Below, piece by piece: positions 9,150 to 17,887 of a stretch of 64,000 nt of DNA. The position numbers and the translations under genes were made by a program. The stretch comes from Candidatus Saccharimonadales bacterium (GTDB lineage Bacteria > Patescibacteriota > Saccharimonadia > Saccharimonadales > UBA10212), in contig DASTHW010000013.1 in NCBI GenBank assembly GCA_035717985.1, positions 7,656 to 71,655 on the forward strand, in the 5' to 3' direction. Positions within the stretch are counted from its first letter, which is position 1. Each line of letters starts with the position of its first letter. The notes under the pieces are model-generated. The model was not told the DNA's origin. It made no database searches and saw nothing but the letters and a program-made list of their open reading frames with translations.

Positions 9150-10736
9150 TTACTTCTTGCCTTTATCGTCTTTTTTATCAGATTTATCCGGCTCGTCACT
9201 GTTCTTTTGTGGCGGCGGGATAACAACGCCTCCGCCCAAATTCATTGGCGGCGGAAACGGCGGCGGGGCCGGCATATCAGGATTGCCAAAGGCCCGCTCA
9301 ACGGCACCTCTGGCATCGTCCTCCGGCGGCTTAACCTCTTTGGAGTGCGTTAAAAAGCCCTCGTCCCGGGAGTGGTTTTCGGCCAGTGGGTCGCTGTCAG
9401 CTTCAGGTGAATCGTTATCTAAAGCGGCCGTAAAGCTATTCCTTGTGCCGCCGGCGTCTAGAAAAGAATGCGGGCCCGGCGGTTCTTCTGTCGGGCCTTC
9501 TTCCGTACCTTCTTCTTCTTGAGTGTTAGTTTTGTCTTCGGCTTCCCTCTCTTGAGCCAGTTCAGCCGGCGGTTCTTCGGGCGTAGGTTTAGACTCGGGC
9601 TCTGGCTTTTCAGGCCTGGGAGCAGGCTCTTCGGATCCGGGAGGCGGTTCTTCGTGGCTTTGCTCAGGCTTAAGCTCCAATTGATCCTCTTTGGGCGGCT
9701 GAGGCAAACTAAGCTGATTGGCGGCGGCTTTAGCCTTCATTAGAGTTCCCTCGGTATCAATCCTTATTTCAGAGGTGTCAACATCTACCTCTTGGCCGTC
9801 TTGGCCGCCGGCGCCGTGATTGACGTTAAGTGTGCCGTCGTTTTTAACTTCCGGTTTTTGATCAAATTTCTCCGGCGGGGCCGTAGGAGCGGCCGGAGGG
9901 GGTGGCGCCGCTGGCCTTGGCGCCGGCGGCTCTAGTTTGCTGACGATTAACTGCTGGTTAGCGCCGGCCGCCATCAGTTGGGCCGACATAGTCATAACCT
10001 TTGGCGAGGTTTTTAGGTTGCTGAAGCGTTTAGTCTCGGCCACAATGCCGGTTAGAAAGGCAGTAGCCATTTGGCTATCCAGCAAACTGGAGCCAAAAGC
10101 CTCACTAATACTGACAATCATCTCTGATAAACTGCTGGCCGTAGGTTCTTTCCAGTTAATTTGGCCCAGCTCCACTGCCTTACCTTCCCCGGCGTTAACC
10201 GATATCACAGCGGCGTCGTGCAAAATTTTGCCGTGGGCTAGAATCGCGGCGTCCAGCTGGCTTTGGCTGATAACACCTAGAGCCAGTACTACGTCGACAT
10301 TAAAATCACCTTGGCTGAACTGCAGATCCTTCTCGCCAATGCTGGTTTTATAAGGAGTTATATAGATTTTTACAAACTGATCTTCAATCTTGTAGCGCAG
10401 TTTGTCGGCCTTGGCCTTATCCAGCGAGATTATAAAATCCTGCAAACTGTCAGTATTGGCTTCGAGAGTTTTTTCGGGTTGCAAAAATTCAATCGTTGAA
10501 GGCACCTTGCCGGAAAAAACAGCTGTAGCGTGTTTGCCCAGCTTATTGAGCAGTAAAGTAGTGCCGATACAGGCCGCCAGCTGGTCGACCGACGGGTCTT
10601 TACTGACCGTCACTAAAATATCGGCGGCTTGTTTTAGCCTTTCTACGACCTGTTGCTTAGCCTGGGCTTCCATTTTTGTTTTATTTGGTTTTAGTTTTAG
10701 GCTTCTTATTTGACAGATTAGCACTACTGTTGACAA
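9150..10736 (-). CDS. DHH/NrnA-like phosphoesterase-fold protein with degenerate catalytic motifs and a long Pro/Glu-rich disordered C-terminal tail
   Basis: The N-terminal ~270 aa align in pattern to NrnA-type DHH-DHHA1 proteins, but motif I reads SKDPSVDQLAA and motif III has no DHH (FNVDVVLALG). The C-terminal ~250 aa are low complexity (PAPRPAAPPPPAAPTAPPEK...PPPFPPPMNLGGG...KKDDKGKK). The true start is probably the internal MEAQAKQ. Confidence 0.6.
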   Translation of the reverse strand: MSTVVLICQIRSLKLKPNKTKMEAQAKQQVVERLKQAADILVTVSKDPSVDQLAACIGTTLLLNKLGKHATAVFSGKVPSTIEFLQPEKTLEANTDSLQDFIISLDKAKADKLRYKIEDQFVKIYITPYKTSIGEKDLQFSQGDFNVDVVLALGVISQSQLDAAILAHGKILHDAAVISVNAGEGKAVELGQINWKEPTASSLSEMIVSISEAFGSSLLDSQMATAFLTGIVAETKRFSNLKTSPKVMTMSAQLMAAGANQQLIVSKLEPPAPRPAAPPPPAAPTAPPEKFDQKPEVKNDGTLNVNHGAGGQDGQEVDVDTSEIRIDTEGTLMKAKAAANQLSLPQPPKEDQLELKPEQSHEEPPPGSEEPAPRPEKPEPESKPTPEEPPAELAQEREAEDKTNTQEEEGTEEGPTEEPPGPHSFLDAGGTRNSFTAALDNDSPEADSDPLAENHSRDEGFLTHSKEVKPPEDDARGAVERAFGNPDMPAPPPFPPPMNLGGGVVIPPPQKNSDEPDKSDKKDDKGKK

Positions 10737-10764
10737 AGCGCAAGCTTTTTAGGTAATAGCTTGC

Positions 10765-10794
10765 TTTACAAAAAACGGGCGGCTAGGGTACAAT
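10765..10794 (+). promoter_or_regulatory. sigma70-type promoter for rpsT (TTTACA-18-TACAAT)
   Basis: TTTACA at 10765-10770 and TACAAT at 10789-10794, ~40 nt upstream of the rpsT ATG. Confidence 0.5.
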
Positions 10795-10832
10795 CTGTCC
10801 CTAGTATTTAAAGTGTTAATTTAAGGATAAAC

Positions 10833-11195
10833 ATGCCGATAATCAAATCCGCTCGTAAGCGTGTAAAGACAGCCGCCAAGGCTAACCAGCGAAATTATAA
10901 AACTAAGCGCTCTATGCGTGAGGCCGTTAAGGCTTTCACTAAGGCCTTAAGCGGCGGCAATGCAAAGACAATTGGCGAGGCTGAACGAGCCGCCGTTAGC
11001 GCCATTGACCTGGCCGCCAAAAAAGCTGTTATCCATAAAAATAAAGCCGCGCGGGAAAAAGCTCGCTTGTCGGCACGGGCCAAAGCCGCCGGTGCTAAAC
11101 CCCTAAAACAAACCGCCAAGCCAGCGGCTAAGAAACCGGTAGCCAAGAAGTCTAGTGCCAAAAAGCCAGCCGCCAAAAAACCGGCTAAAAAATAA
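10833..11195 (+). CDS. rpsT: 30S ribosomal protein S20 with a Lys/Ala-rich C-terminal extension
   Basis: MPIIKSARKRVKTAAKANQRNYKTKRSMREAVKAF. The C-terminal ~40 aa form an AKPAAKKPVAKKSSAKKPAAKKPAKK histone-H1-like tail. Confidence 0.9.
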   Translation: MPIIKSARKRVKTAAKANQRNYKTKRSMREAVKAFTKALSGGNAKTIGEAERAAVSAIDLAAKKAVIHKNKAAREKARLSARAKAAGAKPLKQTAKPAAKKPVAKKSSAKKPAAKKPAKK

Positions 11196-11341
11196 TCTTT
11201 TGCTAGCTTAATAAATTGCAATTTAGATAGTTTTATGTTATAGTTATTCAGCTCCGGTTGAAGGTGTTTTTGTCGGTTTTAACCTGCAAAATCTCTACTT
11301 CCCGGAGAGACGCCCGTAGCCACCTATTGAAGGGGTAACCC

Positions 11342-11638
11342 GTGCATCAAACCTGCCTTCACGGCGAAGAACCCTGCTGGGGCCACGCTGAGCCTGAGTG
11401 GGGAGCGGTTCCTGTTCCTGGGGCCGCCGGCCGCCTGAGCCGCCTAACCAAGCGGGCATTCGTGCCCCTGGTTCTGGCTCTCACAGCGGCCTACTGCGTG
11501 CACAAGACGCTGGCGGCCACGCCGGGTGTCAGTGCCGAGCGCTGGGACAACCTGCTCTGGCTGAACCTGGTGATCCTCACCTTCTCGGTGATCCTGAGGA
11601 TTCCCAAGCCGGCAAGAAGCCGCCGGAGACGGCTATAG
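11342..11638 (+). CDS. small high-GC ORF (98 aa), predicted two-TM membrane protein with basic C-terminus; foreign codon usage
   Basis: GTG start 6 nt after GAAGGGG. The second half has ~90% G/C at third codon positions (ctg, gtg, atc, ctc, acc, ttc, aac, gac), hydrophobic segments FVPLVLALTAAYCV and LLWLNLVILTFSVIL, and ends RSRRRRL. Confidence 0.45.
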   Translation: MHQTCLHGEEPCWGHAEPEWGAVPVPGAAGRLSRLTKRAFVPLVLALTAAYCVHKTLAATPGVSAERWDNLLWLNLVILTFSVILRIPKPARSRRRRL

Positions 11639-11642
11639 CTGG

Positions 11643-11694
11643 ATCCCTGGGTTCCGTCGCTCTCGACAGAGAGCGGCGGGACCCTGTTTTATTT
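11643..11694. terminator. strong intrinsic (bidirectional) terminator between cassette-1 ORF and holA
   Basis: Stem CCGTCGCTCTC (11654-11664), loop GACA, stem GAGAGCGGCGG (11669-11679), followed by GACCCTGTTTTATTT. An extended outer stem pairs GGGTTCC with GGGACCC. Confidence 0.65.
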
Positions 11695-12642
11695 AAGACC
11701 GACAATTAAGTTTTTTAAGGCTTCGTCCAAGTCGACAGCGTAAACCTTAGATTTATAGTCTGCTTCGGCGGCCAAACCTATGATTTGTTTTAGCTTAGCG
11801 GCCTCTAGCTTGCCGGCTAGGCTTTTAGCTTTATTTAAGGGGTAAGGGTTAAGTTTTGCCTCGCTGGCAATTTGGCCGGCCGGCCGGCCTCCGGCTGACT
11901 TTGCTATAGCAATAAGCTGTAACTGCCAGACAATAAGGGCCAAGATGGCCTGCGGCTCTACCTTTTGGGCTCTTTGCTCTTCGTAGAGGGTTAGCGCCTT
12001 TTTTTGGTTACCGCTGAACATGGCATCTAATAGATCAAATATTCTGCTTTGCGGTCTTTTCTCTGTTAGTAAATCAATGGATTCTTTAGTGATAGTTCTG
12101 TTATGAAGAACCAGTTTCTCCAGTTCGCTGATAAGCAGTGTCTGGCTGACACCCACTCTATCGACTAAATATCTGGCGGTGCCTAGATCCAGTTTGGCGC
12201 CAAGGCTTTCTGCCTCGGCGGTCAGCCATTTAGGTAGAAGCTCCTGCGGCAATTCGTTAAATTCTTCGAGTCTAGTTTTACTTTTCAGCACCTTGAAATA
12301 AGCCGTACGTTTATCAGGACTAGACTCTAATATTATTAAATCTACCTCTGTTGGAATTGAACTAATTATTTGTTCAATTTTATCTGTGGCCCAACTGTTA
12401 GTGCCGAGCCCGCGCAGTATAACCAGCTTGGCGCTGGTCAGAAAAGGTAGGTTAGAAATTGACGATAAAATGATGTCCGGCTCGGCACCCTCGGCGTCAA
12501 TCCGCTCGATACTCAACTCTCCATGCTGGGCGGTAAACCTTTCGACCAGCTCGTCTAGGCGGCGTTTTAAGTTAGTGTTGTTAGGGCCCGTTAAGCTGAT
12601 TATCATTTCGGACTCCTGGGTAGTTTCTGGCAGTGGGGACAA
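11689..12642 (-). CDS. holA: DNA polymerase III delta subunit (HolA)
   Basis: A delta-subunit-like N-terminal AAA-like domain and C-terminal helical domain. The likely true start is the internal Met at 12606 (MIISLTGPNN...), which forms an ATGA start/stop overlap with fpg. Confidence 0.75.
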   Translation of the reverse strand: MSPLPETTQESEMIISLTGPNNTNLKRRLDELVERFTAQHGELSIERIDAEGAEPDIILSSISNLPFLTSAKLVILRGLGTNSWATDKIEQIISSIPTEVDLIILESSPDKRTAYFKVLKSKTRLEEFNELPQELLPKWLTAEAESLGAKLDLGTARYLVDRVGVSQTLLISELEKLVLHNRTITKESIDLLTEKRPQSRIFDLLDAMFSGNQKKALTLYEEQRAQKVEPQAILALIVWQLQLIAIAKSAGGRPAGQIASEAKLNPYPLNKAKSLAGKLEAAKLKQIIGLAAEADYKSKVYAVDLDEALKNLIVGLK

Positions 12643-13484
12643 AAATGAGTGCCCCGCCCGGCTACCCTAATTTTCTCAATCGGTGTGCCACAGCGTGGGC
12701 ACGGTTGACCTTGACGGCGAAAAACCTTAGCAAAGCTAAGATAGCTACCTTTCTTGCCTTGACTATCTACATAATTTCGGTCGGTACTGCCGCCTTTTTT
12801 AATACTGAGATTTAAGATTTCCCTTAAAGATTGGTACAGCTTAATCAGCTTAGCATTTGAGACGGTTGAGACCGGCCCAGCCGGATGAATTTTAGCCGCC
12901 CATAGCGACTCGTCGGCATAAATATTGCCAACTCCGGCGATTACGGTTTGATCTAGCAGAGCCGCCTTAATAGAGCTATTTTTTCGCCTTTGCAGGCGAT
13001 CTATAAAATCAGCTGGTTTAAAGCCTGCCTCCAGTGGTTCGGGGCCGACTTTTTTGAAAAAATCAATCTCGGGTATTTCGATGGTTGGCATTAGGCGCAT
13101 CCAGCCAAATTTACGCTGATCGTTAAAAAATAATTTACTGGCGCCAGCAAAGTCGATAATTACTCGAGTAGCTTTGGCCGGCAGGCTAGCAATTAGGTCG
13201 GCACTGGGGTGGCCGGCCCCAAAACGCTCTTGGCCGACAAAAACCAGCTGGCCGGTCATCTTAAGGTGAACTAATAAGGAATACTTGGTATTTAAATCAA
13301 TAATTAGAACTTTAGCCCGCCGCCGCACACCGAGGACTTTAGCGCCTACCATAAAACGCTCAACATCAGCGGGGGCGTTAGGAAAAGATTTGGGCCAGTC
13401 GTGCTGGACATTTGTAATGACCAATCCGGGCAGTAACTTAGATAGCCCCAGTTTAATTGTCTCGACCTCTGGCAATTCCGGCAT
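12603..13484 (-). CDS. mutM: formamidopyrimidine-DNA glycosylase (Fpg/MutM)
   Basis: N-terminal MPELPEVE, an H2TH domain and a C-terminal zinc finger CPRCGTPIEKIRVAGRGTHFCPHC. Confidence 0.9.
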   Translation of the reverse strand: MPELPEVETIKLGLSKLLPGLVITNVQHDWPKSFPNAPADVERFMVGAKVLGVRRRAKVLIIDLNTKYSLLVHLKMTGQLVFVGQERFGAGHPSADLIASLPAKATRVIIDFAGASKLFFNDQRKFGWMRLMPTIEIPEIDFFKKVGPEPLEAGFKPADFIDRLQRRKNSSIKAALLDQTVIAGVGNIYADESLWAAKIHPAGPVSTVSNAKLIKLYQSLREILNLSIKKGGSTDRNYVDSQGKKGSYLSFAKVFRRQGQPCPRCGTPIEKIRVAGRGTHFCPHCQKLPRSPK

Positions 13485-13742
13485 GGCTAAATTATACAGC
13501 CGCCGGCAAGTTATACTTGATGTGATATGGACAGCCTGCAGGATATCTTAAGCCAGAAAGACTTTTCCCCGCCTGACGAGATCAAGTCTCTGCGGGATTA
13601 CGTTAAGCGCAAATATAAGAGTAATTCATACATAAAACTAGAGCGTGAGGCTGTTATTTTAAGTGTGCCAAGCTCAGCCCTGGCCGCCACTCTACAGCTA
13701 GAAAGAACCGCTATAGCCGAGGCCTGCGGGCTGACAAAAAAA

Positions 13743-14336
13743 CTAGTTATCCGCTTTGGCAGACAATAGCCGGGCCAGCTCGGCCTTCATTTGACCAAAG
13801 TTTCGATACAAAATAGTGTTCATACCAATTTGTTGAGCCGATGTAATGTGCTTCATGGAATCGTCAATAAATACACACTCCTCGGGCTCAACGGCCAATT
13901 TTTGCAGAGCTAGTTGATATATTTTAAGGTCCGGTTTGATGACGCCGACATCTGATGAAATGATAATGGCATCCATATATTGACTGATGTTGGTATCACG
14001 GGTTAGGCGCTCAATAGTTTCGCGGCTGGCATTGGTAATTAGGCCGGTTTTATAACGGACATGTAGCTTCTCAATAAACGCCAGTAGCTGGGGGTTAAGC
14101 TTTTGCGATTCATAGCCGGCTAACAGCTCAGGCACGGATTTGCCGGTTTTACTAGACAACCGGTTAACGAAGTCTGCCCAGCTGATTTTGCCTAAATTAA
14201 CAGCTTCCGATAAAGGTAGAAAGTCCCCACTAATCTCATCGGCAGATTTAATAAAATCCCAATATTCGTCAGAGCAAATGACGCCAAAGAAATCAAAAAT
14301 AACGGCTTTAACCACCCCTTTATTGTGGCACAGCAT
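13743..14336 (-). CDS. HAD-superfamily hydrolase (haloacid dehalogenase-like; motif I reads DFFGV)
   Basis: AVIFDFFGVICSDE motif I, a HAD core and a cap-domain pattern; 197 aa. Confidence 0.7.
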   Translation of the reverse strand: MLCHNKGVVKAVIFDFFGVICSDEYWDFIKSADEISGDFLPLSEAVNLGKISWADFVNRLSSKTGKSVPELLAGYESQKLNPQLLAFIEKLHVRYKTGLITNASRETIERLTRDTNISQYMDAIIISSDVGVIKPDLKIYQLALQKLAVEPEECVFIDDSMKHITSAQQIGMNTILYRNFGQMKAELARLLSAKADN

Positions 14337-14346
14337 GGCCGAGTGT

Positions 14347-15780
14347 TTAGTAAGTTTTCTTTTGGCGGGCCAGTGCCCGGCGCAGGGATCTATTTAAAGC
14401 GACGCCACCAATACTAACCGGTTGGTTGGCCCGGCGGGCCGCCTGCCTGGCCTCAACTTTTGAAGTCTCTAGCTGGGCCTTAAGGTCGGCATATTCGGCC
14501 TTAACACTTTCCAGCAGGTATTTTTCAACTGGCGCAATGCCCTCGGTAAAACCACCCCGCTCTACGGCCGTCAGTAAAAACTGCTTATAATGACGGAGCT
14601 TAGCCTCCAGGCTACGGGGGTTAATGTCCTGAAAATTGCGCTCGAAAATAGTTTTGATTTCTGGGTGATAGTCTTTAGAAAATTTAGGATTGGGTTTGGA
14701 CTTAAGCTGAACTGGATAGCCGAGTTCACCGCGCTGATAGTCGGTTCTATGGATTATAAAATCATAGCCGCGCCGAAGAGATGGAAAGCCAACCTTGGGC
14801 GCGTCGTGAGCCGAGATTGCCGGCGTAACGGCGATATTTTGATCATTCTCAGCCTGAAGTAGCAGATTAAAGTCAAAATACCACATCAGCTCGTGCAAAA
14901 GGCCAGCTAGCCCTGGTTCGCCTTTAAAACGCCGCTGAAGGGAGTTTTGGCCGCTGAACTTCAAAGCAGTGGCAAACAAAATCTCTAAACTTGTTAGCTG
15001 ATACGCCCGGTCAGCCAGGTTTTCCGGGCGGCTTCTAGAATTTAGCTGAAGGCTGGCTATGAAAATGGCGCATTTAACCTTGACTGACTCTAGCTCAAAA
15101 TTTTCACTGGTTGAGTCTAGCTCCACAGCCCGCTGGTGGATGAGCCCGCAGACTTGGCTGGCTGTAGATATCAGATAGCGCTTACGTGGTGTCAGCTCGT
15201 TTTGCATAGTATTGATGGTCTTGCCGAGCTGAGCAAAAGATAGCCGATCGATATTATCACGCACAAAGTCGGATGTATTTTCGTTAAAGCTGGCGGCCAT
15301 AGTTAGCATTTCGGCGCCGGCTAAGGCCGTACTTAACTGCTCAGCCGGGATTGACTCTGCGCCTCCGGTGGCCAAACAGTAGGCCAGTGTATCCTCGGCT
15401 GTTAGGTCTTTGCCTGCTTCGCGGCTAAGAGCCGCCAAGGGGGCGTCTGGTTGACTGGCAAAAATGTCGGGCCGCAGGATTCTAGCTAGGGTGTTAACGC
15501 CGGCCAGCTCATAGGCTTGGCTCTGGCGGTGTTCACCGTCGATATATTCCATATACTGGATTCCGGCCCGTTCACCCGCGAGCAGTGCCCTATATTCCTC
15601 CTGGGTGGAGCTTTCAAACATCGGATCCTGGGCATAAAACCAGGCCAAGGTATCTTCCAGGCTGGGCCGCAGGGCGGCTAGGTCGGCAAGGTCTAGCTGG
15701 GCACTCCTGCCAGCCGAAGTTACCCGCTCAAAGTCACTCTGGATTAAATTAGCCTGCTCTTTATCAACAATTTTTGCCAT
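14347..15780 (-). CDS. hypothetical protein (477 aa), no recognisable domain
   Basis: A long ORF with consistent codon usage, 10 nt upstream of the HAD gene on the same strand. Confidence 0.6.
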   Translation of the reverse strand: MAKIVDKEQANLIQSDFERVTSAGRSAQLDLADLAALRPSLEDTLAWFYAQDPMFESSTQEEYRALLAGERAGIQYMEYIDGEHRQSQAYELAGVNTLARILRPDIFASQPDAPLAALSREAGKDLTAEDTLAYCLATGGAESIPAEQLSTALAGAEMLTMAASFNENTSDFVRDNIDRLSFAQLGKTINTMQNELTPRKRYLISTASQVCGLIHQRAVELDSTSENFELESVKVKCAIFIASLQLNSRSRPENLADRAYQLTSLEILFATALKFSGQNSLQRRFKGEPGLAGLLHELMWYFDFNLLLQAENDQNIAVTPAISAHDAPKVGFPSLRRGYDFIIHRTDYQRGELGYPVQLKSKPNPKFSKDYHPEIKTIFERNFQDINPRSLEAKLRHYKQFLLTAVERGGFTEGIAPVEKYLLESVKAEYADLKAQLETSKVEARQAARRANQPVSIGGVALNRSLRRALARQKKTY

Positions 15781-15797
15781 AGAACTGCCTTTAAAAA

Positions 15798-16358
15798 TTA
15801 AAGGGCGACGTTTTCAGTTAGAGTCTCGTAATTAGTAATTTGTTTTTCAAATAAATCAGTCACCTGGGCGGCATTACCGTTAAAGTTACCCAGCGAGCCA
15901 GGACAGTTAGTACTCCAAAGGTTAACCAAACTGTTGCCGTTTTGATTTAGCTGATAAACATAGCGTAGGCCGTCCGGGCACTGGCCCATTGGATCGGCGT
16001 TAGCACTAGTTGGTTTTTTGGCGGATGTAAAACTGGATAAGTCCAGCGCCCGCAAAAAGACGCGGTAGGCGTCGGGAGTATTGTAGGTAACGTTGGCGCT
16101 TAAAACATGCCCGCTATAACCCTGGATAATATCCAGCTCGCGGCTGTCTTTATCAACGGTTATCTTAATCACACGGTGGGCGTCATCGCCGTTAATCTGG
16201 CCGTTAATGGTCAGACTGACGCTAGCATCGGTGTTAGCATACTGGGTTAGAGGTAAAATGGTCGGGCCTTTGGGCGTCTTTTTACCGCCGCCGCCAAATA
16301 TTAAGACGCCAATTAAGACAATAAATACGATAGCTAGTAAACCTATAAAATACCGCAT
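15798..16358 (-). CDS. membrane-anchored extracytoplasmic protein (186 aa), hypothetical
   Basis: N-terminal TM helix YFIGLLAIVFIVLIGVLIFGGGGKK, then a soluble domain with Cys residues. Confidence 0.55.
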   Translation of the reverse strand: MRYFIGLLAIVFIVLIGVLIFGGGGKKTPKGPTILPLTQYANTDASVSLTINGQINGDDAHRVIKITVDKDSRELDIIQGYSGHVLSANVTYNTPDAYRVFLRALDLSSFTSAKKPTSANADPMGQCPDGLRYVYQLNQNGNSLVNLWSTNCPGSLGNFNGNAAQVTDLFEKQITNYETLTENVAL

Positions 16359-16410
16359 AAACTTCCTTACCTGCTATACGATAACATAAATTTGATTTAA
16401 TTGCAAGACT

Positions 16411-17088
16411 CTAGGCGGCTAGCGGGGTAATCACCTGGTTATCGGGCCCGGTAAGCTCAATATCACCTTCTAAAGACATCAGCTTGGCCGTTTTTCGGAC
16501 TTTAGTTGGTGAAATATCTAAAAGTGCGGCAAAACCATCAACCAAGCCAACATCACTGCGATGGCTCACCAGCCAGTTGTGCGGTTGCTTGCGGCCGTAG
16601 TCGAGCATAAACCTTATAACTCCGCGGCGGCCCCTATAAGTCTGTCCGGCCTCAGCTAGAGCCGGCGTATTACCCAGCTTCGACTGCAAAACGTAAGACC
16701 GGATCATAATGGCTTCACGGACCGCCTGACAGGTAAACAACAGTTCCTCACTGAGAGCCGATTCGCCTTCCTCGGCTACGTGGTCACAGACTATTTGGTG
16801 ATGGTCAGTTTGACCAGTTTGGTCGCATATCCGGCACCAGGCTACCGTATGCTCGCCGCCTGCTAAGGGTATTTGGTAAGATTCTTTGACTACAACCACC
16901 CTACCCAGCTCAAAGCTGGTACGAGCAAATTCTTCAATCGCCGGGCTGGATGGAGTTTTATCTAATTTAAGAGCGGCGTCTAAAGAGCTTTGGGGGAAAT
17001 ATAGCTGGCCATCTTGTATCGCTGGAACTTCATATAGCTCCCGCTCATTAAACCTAGGCAGGTCGCGCAGTGTTTCATCGTAAGCCAT
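16411..17088 (-). CDS. hypothetical protein (225 aa) with a Cys/His-rich motif
   Basis: HTVAWCRICDQTGQTDHHQIVCDHV segment. It shares a divergent 58-bp promoter region with the PEP-utilising enzyme gene. Confidence 0.55.
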   Translation of the reverse strand: MAYDETLRDLPRFNERELYEVPAIQDGQLYFPQSSLDAALKLDKTPSSPAIEEFARTSFELGRVVVVKESYQIPLAGGEHTVAWCRICDQTGQTDHHQIVCDHVAEEGESALSEELLFTCQAVREAIMIRSYVLQSKLGNTPALAEAGQTYRGRRGVIRFMLDYGRKQPHNWLVSHRSDVGLVDGFAALLDISPTKVRKTAKLMSLEGDIELTGPDNQVITPLAA

Positions 17089-17146
17089 CGTTTTTTATGC
17101 CCCAAAAGTTAAGACAATTATAACAAAGCCTTGTTAAGATAAGGCC

Positions 17147-17878
17147 ATGAACGGTGAGGTCACCGCCCTTAGCAAACTAAAGCTGGAAGCTAATGCTGGC
17201 GGTAAAGCTTTGGCGCTAGCCAGACTAATCCAGGCCGGTTTTAACGTACCGGCCGGTTTTATCGTCAACGGCGACCCTAAGGACCCCAACCTGAGGCAGG
17301 ACATTTTAGAGCATTTTGACAAGTTAAAGACCAGCCGAGTGGCGGTCCGCTCCAGCGCCGCGAGCGAGGATGGTGCCCGTGACGCCTGGGCTGGCCAACT
17401 GGATAGTTATCTCAATGTGAGCCGTGAGGAACTTATCGAAAAAATTGCTTTATGCCAAAAATTGGCCGGCTCTGAAAGAGCCAAATCTTATGCTAAGCAA
17501 AAAGGCCTGAGGGCCGGCCATATAAGCGTAATTGTCCAAAAAATGATTACTAGTGCCACCGCCGGAGTAGCCTTTTCAATCCATCCCGTATCCGGCCAAA
17601 CCGGCCAGATGGTTATCGAAGCCGTAGCCGGCCTGGGCGAAAAGCTGGTTGCCGGTTCGATTACCCCAGACACATATGTGATTGATAAAAAATCAGCTAA
17701 AACGATAGAGGCTCATACTGCCGGCCGGCCGGTTCTAACTGATGAAATGCTAACAAATTTAAGCCAAACTATTAAAAAAGTTGAGGTCTTTTTTGGGCAC
17801 CCGGTGGATGTGGAGTGGGCTATCTCGGACGGCCGGCTGTATATTTTACAAAGCCGGCCAATAACGGCTATAGGCTAA
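17147..17878 (+). CDS. PEP-utilising enzyme family, N-terminal ATP-grasp (pyruvate phosphate dikinase / PEP synthase / rifampin-phosphotransferase-like) part
   Basis: RVAVRSSAASEDGARDAWAGQLDSYLNV matches the PPDK_N nucleotide-binding signature (SVRSSAxxED...FAGQ). Confidence 0.7.
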   Translation: MNGEVTALSKLKLEANAGGKALALARLIQAGFNVPAGFIVNGDPKDPNLRQDILEHFDKLKTSRVAVRSSAASEDGARDAWAGQLDSYLNVSREELIEKIALCQKLAGSERAKSYAKQKGLRAGHISVIVQKMITSATAGVAFSIHPVSGQTGQMVIEAVAGLGEKLVAGSITPDTYVIDKKSAKTIEAHTAGRPVLTDEMLTNLSQTIKKVEVFFGHPVDVEWAISDGRLYILQSRPITAIG

Positions 17879-17887
17879 AATTAACTT

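Larger units (their letters stand above)
11300..11700 (+). other. GC-rich cassette 1 (foreign-looking island)
   Basis: G+C jumps abruptly from the ~50% background to about two-thirds (by eye) at ~11300 and returns to background after the terminator at ~11694. Confidence 0.6.

Noticed and set aside
11290-11700. Possibility that GC-rich cassette 1 is tmRNA or RNase P RNA
   Set aside because: There are no tRNA-like ends, no tag-peptide reading frame and no P4/CR-I/CR-V type conserved blocks. Clear codon periodicity and TM-helix coding instead point to a protein gene.
11398-11709. Alternative 103-aa frame in GC-rich cassette 1
   Set aside because: It lacks the third-position G/C periodicity seen in the 11342..11638 frame and reads through the intrinsic terminator hairpin.
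13527-13769. 80-aa plus-strand ORF between fpg and the HAD gene
   Set aside because: It has no RBS and sits antisense in the promoter or terminator gap between two minus-strand genes. It is kept only as a low-probability possibility.
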